Shown here: positions 20,388 to 29,627 of the stretch, piece by piece
Position numbering within the stretch: position 1 is the stretch's first letter
How the letters are laid out: each line of letters opens with the position of its first letter
From: an uncultured Chloroflexia bacterium
GTDB taxonomy: Bacteria > Chloroflexota > Limnocylindria > Limnocylindrales > CSP1-4
Direction of reading: 5' to 3'
Length of the DNA: 64,000 bases
Assembly: GCA_963819655.1 (NCBI GenBank)
Contig: CAWFXA010000003.1
Span: 192,149-256,148 of the forward strand
Translations under genes and position numbers: made by a program
Notes under the pieces: model-generated
What the model was told of the DNA's origin: nothing
The model's database searches: none
Seen by the model: only the letters and a program-made list of their open reading frames with translations

Positions 20388-21418
20388 CGTCGATCTTCGC
20401 GCGCGCCGCCGAGCTGGAAGGATCCGGCCGACCATTCGCGGTCGCCACGGTGGTGGCAGTCCGGCGCCCGACCTCGGCGCGCCCGGGCGCGAGCGGCATC
20501 GTCCACCCGGACGGGACCATCGAGGGCTGGGTCGGCGGCAGTTGCGCGCAGCCCGTCGTGGTTCGCGAGGCCCTGCGCGCGATCGGCGACGGCCAGCCGC
20601 GGCTGCTCCGGCTGTCTCGTGACGGTCCGGCCGAAGGCCGCCGCGCCGACGGCGTCATCGAGCTTGTCATGACCTGTCATTCGGGGGGCACGCTGGAGAT
20701 CTACGTGGAACCGCACCTTCCCGCCGCGCATCTCTGGATCGTCGGGACGACGCCGATCGCAGGGGCACTCGCGGCGATCGGATCGGCCGCCGGGTGGCAG
20801 ATCACCGTCATCGATCCGATCGCCGACGCCGACGCGTTCCCGGGAGCGCGTGTTCAGCGCTCGGCGGATATCCGCGGTCTCGACCCGGAGGTCGCGCCCT
20901 ACGTGGTCGTTGCCAGCCAGGGGATCTGGGACGAGGAGGCAGTGGCGCTGGCGCTCACCCGTGAGTCGGCCTACGTCGGGCTCGTCGCCTCACCGACCCG
21001 GGCCGCCGTCGTGCGCGACTGGCTGCGCGAGGAGACGACGGTCGGCGACGAGCGGATCGCGGCGCTTCGAGCGCCGGCCGGCCTCGATATCGGTGCCGAG
21101 ACCCCCGAGGAGGTCGCGCTGTCGATCCTGGCCGAGCTCGTCCAGGTTCGTCGCGGCCGGGCCGATTTCGTCGCCTCGCCTGGTCCGGCCACCGTGGCGG
21201 GCGCGCTTCCGGAGTCGATCACACTGGAACCCGTCGTCGACGACATCGTGCTCGTCGACCCCGTCTGCGGGATGACGGTCGAGGCCGCCCATGCACGGCA
21301 CCTGGCTGAGCACGACGGTATCGTCTATGCGTTCTGCTCGATCGGGTGCCGGACCCGATTCATCCGCGAGCCCGCGACCTACCTGAACGCGAGCGAGTAC
21401 TCCCCGATGCACGACTGA
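20354..21418 (+). CDS. XdhC/CoxI-family maturation factor with C-terminal YHS (TRASH-like) metal-binding domain
   Basis: XdhC N-domain GRPFAVATVVAVRRPTSARPGASGIVHPDGTIEGWVGGSCAQ and Rossmann domain HLWIVGTTPIAGALA. C-terminus VDPVCGMTVE ... YAFCSIGCRTRF is a YHS-type Cys motif. Overlaps the coxL 3' end. The start could alternatively be 20303. Confidence 0.75.
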   Translation: MGDPAREGHQLTSIFARAAELEGSGRPFAVATVVAVRRPTSARPGASGIVHPDGTIEGWVGGSCAQPVVVREALRAIGDGQPRLLRLSRDGPAEGRRADGVIELVMTCHSGGTLEIYVEPHLPAAHLWIVGTTPIAGALAAIGSAAGWQITVIDPIADADAFPGARVQRSADIRGLDPEVAPYVVVASQGIWDEEAVALALTRESAYVGLVASPTRAAVVRDWLREETTVGDERIAALRAPAGLDIGAETPEEVALSILAELVQVRRGRADFVASPGPATVAGALPESITLEPVVDDIVLVDPVCGMTVEAAHARHLAEHDGIVYAFCSIGCRTRFIREPATYLNASEYSPMHD

Positions 21419-21442
21419 CCGACCTGGCCACGGGAGGATCCG

Positions 21443-21898
21443 ATGCATTTCGAGGGCACTGTCCAGATCGCCGCACCGCGCGACCGCGTCTGGGCGTTCG
21501 TCACCGACCCGAATCAGGTCGGCCAGTGCGGTCCAGGCGTCGAATCGATCGACGTCGTCGACGACACGCACTTCAAGGCAAAGGCCAAGGTCGGGGTTGG
21601 CTTCATCAGCACTCGATTCGTGGTGAACATGGAGTTCGCCGAAATGACCGCGCCAGACGCGGCCACCATCAAGGCGCATGGGCAGGCGCCCGGCAGTGCC
21701 GTCGACGCGACAGCGCAGATGCGGCTGGCGGACGGCGATGCCGGTGGCACCACGATGGAGTGGTCCGCCGACGTCAACATCTCTGGCACGATCGCAAGCG
21801 TTGGCGCTCGGCTCATCGAGGGGACGGCGGACAAGATGATCGGCCAGACCTTCGATTGCATGAAGGCCAAGCTCGAAGGCGGCGAATCCTCGGGCTGA
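21443..21898 (+). CDS. coxG: carbon monoxide dehydrogenase subunit G (SRPBCC family)
   Basis: MHFEGTVQIAAPRDRVWAFVTDPNQVGQCGPGVESI is a typical CoxG N-terminus. Confidence 0.8.
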   Translation: MHFEGTVQIAAPRDRVWAFVTDPNQVGQCGPGVESIDVVDDTHFKAKAKVGVGFISTRFVVNMEFAEMTAPDAATIKAHGQAPGSAVDATAQMRLADGDAGGTTMEWSADVNISGTIASVGARLIEGTADKMIGQTFDCMKAKLEGGESSG

Positions 21899-22072
21899 TG
21901 GCTCGCACGGGCGTCGACCCAGTCCGCGGGGCGGGCCGGCCGCTGTGGCGATGTCCCCGCTGCCGGCACTCGTCTGCGAGGGCTACCGCGACCTGGGCAT
22001 GCAGGGTTTCCTGGCGGTGCGACCCGGTTAGTCGCGCAGCGCCCGGCCGGCACGGATGCGACACTCGCGCCG

Positions 22073-22711
22073 ATGGAGCATCTTCACCGCGTTGTCGGCC
22101 CAGTCGCGACAAACCTGCATGTCCTGGCCGACCCGCGGACGCGCGAGGCGATCGCGATCGATACCGCCATCCCGTCGCTCGCCTGGATCTCAGACGAGCT
22201 CGCCGAGCGCGAGTGGTCGCTGAAGCTGATCGTGTCGACGCATGGTCACTGGGACCACATCGGTGACAACGCGGCAGTCGCCGCCCATACGGGCGCCGAG
22301 ATCGCGGTCCACCCGCTCGACCGGACGCGGCTGACCGACCCACGACCCCTGTCGGCGCCGTTCGAGATCCCGTCATCCGTCCCGGCCGTCGAGCTCGCGG
22401 AGGGGGGCGAGGTCAGGTTCGGGGCGATCCGCCTCCTGGTCATGCACACACCCGGCCACACGGAGGGATCGGTCTGCCTGTACGACCCGGACCAGGGCCT
22501 CCTGTTCAGCGGTGACACCCTGTTCCAGGGCGGCTGGGGTCGCGTCGACCTGCCCGGTGGCGACGCGTCGGCGATGGTCGCGTCCCTCGGCCGGTTGCTG
22601 ACGCTCGACGACCCCGTTCACGTGTTCCCGGGGCACGGCGACTCGACGACCATCGGCCGGGAACGACCCTGGCTCGAGCTCGTCCGCGACTCCGGACGTC
22701 TGATCGCCTAG
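22073..22711 (+). CDS. MBL-fold metallo-hydrolase (glyoxalase II-like)
   Basis: Metal-binding motif STHGHWDHIGDN plus HTPGHTEGS, GDTLF and FPGHGD. Confidence 0.75.
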   Translation: MEHLHRVVGPVATNLHVLADPRTREAIAIDTAIPSLAWISDELAEREWSLKLIVSTHGHWDHIGDNAAVAAHTGAEIAVHPLDRTRLTDPRPLSAPFEIPSSVPAVELAEGGEVRFGAIRLLVMHTPGHTEGSVCLYDPDQGLLFSGDTLFQGGWGRVDLPGGDASAMVASLGRLLTLDDPVHVFPGHGDSTTIGRERPWLELVRDSGRLIA

Positions 22712-23139
22712 ACCAGGTCGTCGGTCGAAGTCACGACCGTGACCGGCACACGGACCGAATCGCGCAGCCTGCTCGGGACATCCTCACCAAGCCACCGGGA
22801 CAGGCCCTTGGGGAGCGTCGAGACGATCACCTCGTCGACCTCGCGCCCGCGCAGCGCATCCCGCACCGCCATGACGGGGTCCCGGTCGCCAACCTCGCCG
22901 TCCGCCTCGGCGTCCATCTCCCGCAGCTTCTCGAGCACCTCGTCGAGGCGGGTCTGGGCGACCTGGCGGGATGCCTGTTCGTCCCAGGTCAGGCGTCCGC
23001 CGACCGGGCTGAGCGGCACCACGACATAGGTCCGCACTGGTCCCTCGGCGAGCCTGGCCGTGATCGCGTCGGTCAGCGATCGACTCGTCAGCGTCTGGTT
23101 GGCCACGATCAGATAGGAGCGCACGGCCGGATCCTCCAA
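22708..23139 (-). CDS. conserved hypothetical protein
   Basis: 143-aa ORF with a plausible globular composition. Overlaps the MBL gene stop by 4 nt. No family recognised. Confidence 0.4.
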   Translation of the reverse strand: MEDPAVRSYLIVANQTLTSRSLTDAITARLAEGPVRTYVVVPLSPVGGRLTWDEQASRQVAQTRLDEVLEKLREMDAEADGEVGDRDPVMAVRDALRGREVDEVIVSTLPKGLSRWLGEDVPSRLRDSVRVPVTVVTSTDDLV

Positions 23140-23169
23140 CGCGTCCCGTCATGATGCCACGGCCCGCCG

Positions 23170-24198
23170 TCACTCCTGGGCCGGCCACCCGTAGAGCATC
23201 GAGCGCTGCGCGATCTCGAACCCCATGCCCTCGTACAAGCCGAGCGCCCCGGTCGGGTTGTCGGCATCGACGCCGAGCATCGCGTCGGCCAGCCCAGCGG
23301 CTCGGAGACGACGGAGTGCCTCCGCGGTGATCGCCCGGCCGAGGCCCCGACGCCGCCAGGGACGGCGGACGCTGATGCGCTCCAGCCAGCCGCGTTGGAC
23401 CCCGAGCCGCTCGTTCTCGTCGGCCCAGACCCAGCTCTGGACGACGCCGGCGATCTCGGCGCCGTCCCAGGCGACGACCCACAGGCTCGTATCGAGCTCG
23501 GAGCGTTCGAACCGTGCCGTGAAGTCCGCCTCGCTGAAATCGCGAGGCTCCCAATGATCCCGAAACGCCTCGTGCTCGGCGAGGATGAGCGCTCGGTGCT
23601 GCTCCGGCTCGACCGGGCGCAGCTCGATCCCCGCGGGCAGCGGCGCGTCTGGGATATCGTCGAGGGTCGGCCGAAGCATCAGGAAGATCCAGCGGATCGG
23701 GGCCATGCCCACGGCGGTCAGGATCGCCCGGTGGCCCGGCTCATCCTCGCCCGCCAGGCTGCGGACCTCGGCGCGTCCGCCCGGTGAGATGTCACCGAGC
23801 CCGACGGCACGCTCGTCGGCACCGCGGAGGTTCGCCCGCAGCACGGCCCGGCCGATACCCCGCCTGCGCCAGGCCGGATCGACGTGGCCCCACGCCTGGT
23901 AGACCGGCCGGCCGACCCGCAGCGCTCGATCGGTCCCGGCGATGGCGACCAGGCGTCCGTCGACCTCGGCCACGATGCCGTCAGACTCCGGCCCGAAGAC
24001 CTCCGGGTCGTCCTCCCAGTCCTCGCGCAGCATCGCGCCCGAGGGGAACCACGGAATGTCGTCTGCGCGGCTGGCCACACCGATGAGCTCGGCCAATGCC
24101 TCGTATTCGGCGTCGTCCCGCCGCGGCCGCCGGAAACGCAGCCCAGCGACGGACGGCGCGTCGGCGAGCTCGAGCCAGGTGTCGGTCGACACCGTCAT
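23170..24198 (-). CDS. tandem-GNAT N-acetyltransferase (mycothiol synthase MshD-like architecture)
   Basis: Two acetyl-CoA binding motifs, VDPAWRRRGIGRAVL and VRRPWRRRGLGRAITAEAL. The likely start MTVSTDTW at 24198 forms an ATGA overlap with the rsgA stop. The upstream part of the ORF track entry is Arg-rich artefact. Confidence 0.65.
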   Translation of the reverse strand: MTVSTDTWLELADAPSVAGLRFRRPRRDDAEYEALAELIGVASRADDIPWFPSGAMLREDWEDDPEVFGPESDGIVAEVDGRLVAIAGTDRALRVGRPVYQAWGHVDPAWRRRGIGRAVLRANLRGADERAVGLGDISPGGRAEVRSLAGEDEPGHRAILTAVGMAPIRWIFLMLRPTLDDIPDAPLPAGIELRPVEPEQHRALILAEHEAFRDHWEPRDFSEADFTARFERSELDTSLWVVAWDGAEIAGVVQSWVWADENERLGVQRGWLERISVRRPWRRRGLGRAITAEALRRLRAAGLADAMLGVDADNPTGALGLYEGMGFEIAQRSMLYGWPAQE

Positions 24199-25274
24199 CA
24201 GCCCAGGTCGCCGTATTTGGCGTGCATCTGCCGCGCGACCGCCTTGTGGATCGACTTCCATTTCTTCGTCTCGGCCGCGCGGGCACGAGCATCGCCCTTG
24301 CGCTCCGCGTGCGCCAGCTCGCGCTCCAGCTTCCGGTGGCTGGCGAGCCGGTCGTCGCTCAGCCGGCCGTCGTCGACGGCGGCACGGACCGCACAGCCGG
24401 GTTCGCCCTCGTGACGGCAGTCGCTGAAGCGGCACGCGGATGCCAGATCGGCGATGTCGTCGAAGGCCACGTCGACACCCACGTCGGCGCCGGCCACCTC
24501 GAGCGAGCGGATGCCGGGCGTGTCGATGAGCAGCGCACCACCCGGTAGCGCGAACAGCTCCCGATGTGTCGTCGTGTGGCGGCCCCGCGAGTCATCGTCG
24601 CGGACCGCCGCGGTGGCCTGGCGCTGCTCGCCGAGGAGGGTGTTGACCAGCGTCGACTTGCCGACGCCCGACGATCCCAGCACGACCGCGGTCTGGCCCG
24701 CTAAGAGGAAGGGAGACAGGTCCGCGACGTGGTCGCCGGTCAGAGCCGACAAAACGACGATCGGGACGGCCGGGGCGATCGATTCGACCTCGAGCAGCCG
24801 TTGCTCCAGGTCCACCGCGATGTCGGCCTTGTTGAGGATGATCACCGGCCGGACGCCGCTCGACCACGCGACGGCGAGATAGCGCTCGAGGCGGCGGAGG
24901 TTGAAGTCGTGGTCGAGCCCGGCGACCAGGAACGCCACGTCGACGTTTGCGGCCAGTACCTGCTCATCGGCGAGATGGCCCGCCGACCGCCGGCTCGCGT
25001 CGGCCGCGCTGCGAACGAATGCGGACCGGCGGGGGAGGACGGCGGTGATGATGGCGGGCTCGTCCGTGCGGGTCGTGGCCAGGTCGGTCGCGAGCGCCAC
25101 CCAGTCGCCGACTGCCGGATAGTCGGACGGGGCAAGGGCGTCAAACCGGAACCTGCCCGACACGATGGCCGAACGGTCGGTGCCGTCCGGCCCGCGCACG
25201 ATCGACGTCTCCTTGTGGACGGCGACGACGCGGGCCGTGACGGCCTCGCTGGCGAGCGACACTGCCTCGCTCAT
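24198..25274 (-). CDS. rsgA: ribosome small-subunit-dependent GTPase A
   Basis: Circularly permuted GTPase motifs ILNKADI (G4), VVLGSSGVGKSTLVNTL (G1) and LIDTPG (G3), followed by a C-terminal zinc-finger CRFSDCRHEGEPGC. Confidence 0.85.
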   Translation of the reverse strand: MSEAVSLASEAVTARVVAVHKETSIVRGPDGTDRSAIVSGRFRFDALAPSDYPAVGDWVALATDLATTRTDEPAIITAVLPRRSAFVRSAADASRRSAGHLADEQVLAANVDVAFLVAGLDHDFNLRRLERYLAVAWSSGVRPVIILNKADIAVDLEQRLLEVESIAPAVPIVVLSALTGDHVADLSPFLLAGQTAVVLGSSGVGKSTLVNTLLGEQRQATAAVRDDDSRGRHTTTHRELFALPGGALLIDTPGIRSLEVAGADVGVDVAFDDIADLASACRFSDCRHEGEPGCAVRAAVDDGRLSDDRLASHRKLERELAHAERKGDARARAAETKKWKSIHKAVARQMHAKYGDLG

Positions 25275-25277
25275 CGC

Positions 25278-26081
25278 TCAGCCGACCCGCTTGAGCTTGC
25301 CGGTGCGCTTGGCGTAGCGCTCCGCGCGGCCGAACGCCCACAGGCCGAACGGGATGAGCACGATCCCAGCCACGATCAGCGGCCAGACGTCGTGCATCAG
25401 CTCCGATACGGGCGTCCCGTGGACGAGCCCGGCACGGACGCCATCGAGGACGTAGGTCGCCGGCGACAGGTGCGACAGGACCTGCATCCACTCTGGCAGG
25501 ATCTCGATCGAGTAGTACACGCCGCTGACGAGCAGCAGGCAGGACTGCAGGACGAAGGTCATCTGTGCCCCGCGCTCGACGTACAGCAGCGGCAGGATCG
25601 CGGCGATCATGCCGATCCCGACGAAGCTGAACGAGCCGAGCAACATGAACGTCAGGGCCGTCGCCGGGTTCGCGTTCGAGAAGTCGAGCTGCGGGAAGAA
25701 CAGGACGAGCGCGACGAAGATCACGGCCGTGTGGATGAAGCCGTAGACCATCGCGTACAGGACCGAGCCCAGCAGCTGCGACCAGCGCCGGATCGGGGCC
25801 ATGAACGTGTACTCGAGGGTGCCTTCCCAGCGCTCGATCGAGATCGTCTCGGCGATCCAGCTGAAAACCACCGACAGGTAATTCCAGAAGATCGCTCCCA
25901 CCATCAGCGTCAGCAGCAGCGTCGGGTCACCCTGGTCGGCACCGATGAGCGAGATCGAGAGAGCGCCCGCGACGGAATAGACCAGGAAGGCGACTTCCCA
26001 GCCCCAGTAGCGGCGAGTCAGAAAGAAGTTGCGCTCGATGAAGGCGTATGAGGCCTTCAGCTCATGGGCGACGATGGTCAC
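25278..26081 (-). CDS. ABC-2 type transporter permease
   Basis: 267 aa with six predicted TM helices, typical of an ABC-2 exporter permease. Confidence 0.7.
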   Translation of the reverse strand: MTIVAHELKASYAFIERNFFLTRRYWGWEVAFLVYSVAGALSISLIGADQGDPTLLLTLMVGAIFWNYLSVVFSWIAETISIERWEGTLEYTFMAPIRRWSQLLGSVLYAMVYGFIHTAVIFVALVLFFPQLDFSNANPATALTFMLLGSFSFVGIGMIAAILPLLYVERGAQMTFVLQSCLLLVSGVYYSIEILPEWMQVLSHLSPATYVLDGVRAGLVHGTPVSELMHDVWPLIVAGIVLIPFGLWAFGRAERYAKRTGKLKRVG

Positions 26082-26119
26082 GAGAGGATCTCCTCGAGAG
26101 TTGGGAGCCGGCCCGATCC

Positions 26120-26308
26120 CTAGCGGGACCGAGCCAGCTCCAGTGCGGTGGCCGCAGCGATCCGCTCGCCCATCGCGATGACGCGACGACCGATCGATCG
26201 GCGGATGGATGGGCGGCTGGGCTGGATCTGGCGCGCACGCGCCCTCTCCGCGATCAGCTGCTCCTGGCGCTCACGCGCCAGCTCCAATGCGATCTGGTTG
26301 AAGTTCAT
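26120..26308 (-). CDS. hypothetical small protein (62 aa)
   Basis: The only ORF in the 250-bp gap between the ABC ATPase and permease genes. Helical, charged composition. Weak support. Confidence 0.2.
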   Translation of the reverse strand: MNFNQIALELARERQEQLIAERARARQIQPSRPSIRRSIGRRVIAMGERIAAATALELARSR

Positions 26309-26331
26309 GGTTTCTCACCTCCTTTCGGCAT

Positions 26332-27219
26332 CTATTCGTCGTCGTCCGGCTCGGCGTCCTCTTCGTCGACGTCCTCGTCGAGGGAGCGGCCGGTGTATGT
26401 CATGAACACGTCTTCGAGGGTGGTCGGCCGGCCGAGGCGCTCGGCAGTGATCGCCTTGAGCCCGTCCGGCGTGTCCTCGGCGACGACGCGACCGTCGTTG
26501 AGGACCGTGATCCGCGCGCACAGGCGCTCTGCCTCGGCGAGGTCGTGGGTCGTCAGGACGATCGTCGCGTCGTGGGTGGTGTTGATCTCCTCAATGAAGG
26601 ACTGGACGTCGAGCTTGCTGCGCGGGTCGAGACCGGTCGTCGGCTCGTCGAGCAGCAGGAGGGTCGGGCTGGTCAGCAGGGCTCGCGCGATCGCGACCTT
26701 CTGCTGCATGCCTCGACTCATCTGTTCGACCGGTCGGCCGACCCGCTTCTCACTGATGCCCAGCCGGCCCAGGATCGAGATGGCGTCGCGCTTTGCGGCG
26801 CCCCCGTCGAGCCCGTACAGCCGGGCGGCGAACAGCAGGTTCTCCATCGGGCTGAGCTTCTTGAAGAAGGCGGCGTCAACGCTGACCCGGTTGATCACGC
26901 GCTTCACTGCCATCTCCTCGCGTTCGAGGTCGTGGCCGAAGACCTCGACTCGACCGCTATCGAGCGTGAGCAGCCCGCTGATCAGACGGATGAGGGTCGA
27001 CTTGCCAGAGCCGTTCGCCCCAAGGATCCCCTGCACGTCGCCACGCTCGAGGCGCATCGACACGTTCGAGATCGCGGCCACGGGCTTGCGCTTGCGGCCG
27101 ACGACGAACGACTTACTGACACCCTCGAGGAGCAGGGCCGGGACCGCCGCGGTCGCCGTCGAAGCGACCGGAGCGGCGCGGGTGGTCGTCTTCAGTTGAT
27201 CGGTCAGGATGGCGGTCAT
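26332..27219 (-). CDS. ABC transporter ATP-binding protein
   Basis: Walker A GANGSGKST, signature MSRGMQQKV, Walker B LLLLDEPTTGLD, acidic C-terminus. Start taken at MTAILTD. The ORF-track N-terminal extension is low complexity. Confidence 0.85.
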   Translation of the reverse strand: MTAILTDQLKTTTRAAPVASTATAAVPALLLEGVSKSFVVGRKRKPVAAISNVSMRLERGDVQGILGANGSGKSTLIRLISGLLTLDSGRVEVFGHDLEREEMAVKRVINRVSVDAAFFKKLSPMENLLFAARLYGLDGGAAKRDAISILGRLGISEKRVGRPVEQMSRGMQQKVAIARALLTSPTLLLLDEPTTGLDPRSKLDVQSFIEEINTTHDATIVLTTHDLAEAERLCARITVLNDGRVVAEDTPDGLKAITAERLGRPTTLEDVFMTYTGRSLDEDVDEEDAEPDDDE

Positions 27220-27725
27220 CGGTGACTCCAGGTACGGGGCGGGTTGGACAAAGAACGAGCCGCGGGCCTCGTCCGACGTTCGTCGGGTGGGCCTCGCGGC
27301 TCGTGATGCGGGTCCTGGGTATGCCGCCCGGTAGGCGGGGAGGGCAGGGAAGAGCATCAAAAAAGCCGGGGGCCCGATCTGGCCCACGGCTCTTGCTCTT
27401 CCGGAAGGCGGTCCTGCCGCCTGCGGCTAGCTCGAGATGGGCACAGATCTCCCGTCATCGACGGCGCCGATAGGCGCGGTCGTGCGTCGGAAGAGGTGCG
27501 TCATCGACATATTCCGAGCCGCCTCCGCTAGGGGATGGATGGGTGGGCGCTCCAGGCCCGGCGCGCAGTCTACGGGTCGGGGACGCGCCCCGTCAAGGTG
27601 GACAGACGACGATGTCGGAGGCCAGCGAAAGATGACGTCCGGACGCCCCGTTTGCACCCGCGCGACGGTGGCGGTCGAAGGTCGTTCGATGCCGGGAGGA
27701 CGTCCGAACCGGGCCGGGTGCCTGA

Positions 27726-28349
27726 TCACGGTCCTCCAGGTCGACGTGGCCGCCGTGGGCGGATGGCGCGTCGGACGATCGAGCGCGGTTTCGCTGCGCC
27801 GGATGCCGCACGTCGCTCGACGACCTTGAAGGCTGCTCGCTCGAACATGGCGAGCGTGCCGCGGAATGCGTCCCCCGCGGGGATCCGCTCGCCGGCGGGG
27901 ATATCGACCGGATAGGCCTCGAGCGTCGTGGCCCCGTGATCACGGGCGTAGTCGACGCCGGCATCCAGCAGCGCCCGCGCGACCCCGCGCCCGCGTGACT
28001 GACGACCGACGACGAAGCAGACGATCGACCAGACGGGCTTGTCGTCGAGCGGAGCGAGGACCTTGGAGTGCGCGAGCCGCTCGTAGTCCTCGCGCGGACC
28101 GATGCTGATCCAGCCGACCGCCTCGGTGCCGTCGTAGGCCACCAGACCGGGGGCGCGACCCTCATCGGCCGTCTCGGCGACGGCAGCCTCCATGACCGAC
28201 CGATGTCTGGCCTTGCCACCGCTGGAGAAGTCGAACCCACGGATCCGGAAGTAGGCGCACCAGCACCACTTCGGGTCGCCACCCTGCTCGAAGAGTGACG
28301 CGAGGTCCGGGAGGCGATCGGGAGTGAGGGGCCGGATGTCGATAGCCAT
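27726..28349 (-). CDS. GNAT family N-acetyltransferase
   Basis: Acetyl-CoA binding motif VVGRQSRGRGVARALLDAGVDYARDHGA. Confidence 0.7.
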   Translation of the reverse strand: MAIDIRPLTPDRLPDLASLFEQGGDPKWCWCAYFRIRGFDFSSGGKARHRSVMEAAVAETADEGRAPGLVAYDGTEAVGWISIGPREDYERLAHSKVLAPLDDKPVWSIVCFVVGRQSRGRGVARALLDAGVDYARDHGATTLEAYPVDIPAGERIPAGDAFRGTLAMFERAAFKVVERRAASGAAKPRSIVRRAIRPRRPRRPGGP

Positions 28350-28520
28350 CTTGGCGATCGTACGTGCTGAGGTGACCGCGGTCCGTCATGAACCCGTGCC
28401 GGCCGTGGTTTGGTGCCGCATTGGGTCACCTCATGACCATTCCGGAGAACGAGCGCTTTGATCGACGGCCGTCGGGGCCTCGTCGGGTCACCCGACGACA
28501 CATCCGACGCTCGAGCGCTG

Positions 28521-28614
28521 GCTCAGGCCTCGATACGGTCACGGGGTGACACATCAGGCCGTCGAGCGGCCCCCATCCTCTGCTCAGGTTCCGATACGGT
28601 CACCGGGTGACACA
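28521..28614. promoter_or_regulatory. tandem ~33-bp direct repeat, each copy carrying a 13-bp palindrome GTCAC-N3-GTGAC (candidate paired operator)
   Basis: Copy 1 at 28521-28553 (palindrome GTCACGGGGTGAC, 28538-28550). Copy 2 at 28582-28614 (GTCACCGGGTGAC, 28599-28611). Centre-to-centre spacing is 61 bp. Copy 2 overlaps the first in-frame start of the downstream ATPase ORF. Confidence 0.45.
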
Positions 28615-29617
28615 GGGCCCGCCCGGTGCAGCCGCCAGGTCCCGCCACGCCCGTTTGACGCTCCTCGGACCCCGGCCGTACGCTCCGCCCGTGGCCGAGA
28701 CCTCGCCGGGGCGGGGCCGGTGGACCATCCGCCACGTCCCACCGACGCCGCGCTCGATCGTCGAGCTGATCCGTGCCGGCACGCTCGATGCGGAGCTGGC
28801 GGCGACCCTGTGGGTCCTGATCGAGAGCCGGGTCCCGCTCGTCGTCGCGGCACGTGTCCAAGGTGCCGGCAAGACCACGCTTCTCGACGCTCTGATGGTG
28901 TTCCTCCCGCCAGGTGTGCGGACGATGGAGCTGGCCGGCGCGATGGAGACGTTCGACTGGCTCCCGCAGGCTCCGGAGCTGGGCTGGCGTCGCCCCCACG
29001 CACCGGACGCGATCGCCGCACGGGTCACCGGCCGCCAGCCCCCTGCGATCACACCCGACAACACGGTCCTCCTGATCCCTGAGCTGTCCGACCACCTGCC
29101 GTCCTACACGTGGGGCGCGGAGGCACGCATCGCGATCCGGGCGGTGGCGATCGGTTACGGGCTGGCCGCGACGATCCACGCCGACTCGCTCGACGAGGTC
29201 TTCGAGGAGCTTCGCCACCCGCCGGTGAGCCTCGGCGACGACGAGCTCTCGCGGCTCGGCGTCGTGCTCGTTGTGCGACCGGTCGGGGACGGGCTGCGCC
29301 GGGTCGCTGCCGCCCACTACGTCCGCCCGGTCGCGCGCGATGAGCACGGACACGTCCAGCGGCTCGGGCCGGCCGTACTGGCCACCTGGGACCCGAATGG
29401 CGATCGGTTCGAGCACTTCGGCTGGGGCATCATCCCCGAGCTCGCGCGGCGGGTCGAGCGGCGCCCGGGCGACTTCGAAGTCGATGTCGATCGTCGGCGC
29501 GACTACCTCGCCGGTCTTGCCGAGGCCGGCATCGTCGATGTCGATGCCGTCCGCGCTGCCATCGAAGGCTTCCGAGCCACGACCGTCGATCCTTCCAGCG
29601 TCCTCGCCACGAACTGA
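28607..29617 (+). CDS. divergent CpaF/VirB11-like (type II/IV secretion ATPase family) P-loop protein, possibly catalytically degenerate; start uncertain
   Basis: GTLDAELAATLWVLIESRVPLVVAARVQGAGKTTLLDALMVFLPPGVRTMEL matches the secretion-ATPase core. ATIHADSLDEVFEEL matches the conserved His-box. The Walker B / catalytic Glu region is atypical (LLIPELSD). No pilus or secretion genes are nearby. Alternative GTG start at 28691. Confidence 0.6.
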   Translation: MTQGPPGAAARSRHARLTLLGPRPYAPPVAETSPGRGRWTIRHVPPTPRSIVELIRAGTLDAELAATLWVLIESRVPLVVAARVQGAGKTTLLDALMVFLPPGVRTMELAGAMETFDWLPQAPELGWRRPHAPDAIAARVTGRQPPAITPDNTVLLIPELSDHLPSYTWGAEARIAIRAVAIGYGLAATIHADSLDEVFEELRHPPVSLGDDELSRLGVVLVVRPVGDGLRRVAAAHYVRPVARDEHGHVQRLGPAVLATWDPNGDRFEHFGWGIIPELARRVERRPGDFEVDVDRRRDYLAGLAEAGIVDVDAVRAAIEGFRATTVDPSSVLATN

Positions 29618-29627
29618 GGTCCCAGCG

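Noticed and set aside
27426-27450. Cluster of restriction-site hexamers GCTAGC-CTCGAG...AGATCT resembling a cloning polylinker in the 500-bp spacer upstream of the ABC transporter
   Set aside because: CTCGAG and similar GC-rich hexamers are expected by chance at this composition. No vector-like flanks. Treated as coincidence, although together with the CTAG frame breaks it was noted.
27220-27725. Possible riboswitch or small gene in the long untranslated region upstream of the ABC-2 exporter operon
   Set aside because: No recognisable riboswitch consensus elements, and the ORFs there (e.g. 27427-27729) are low-complexity. Left unannotated.
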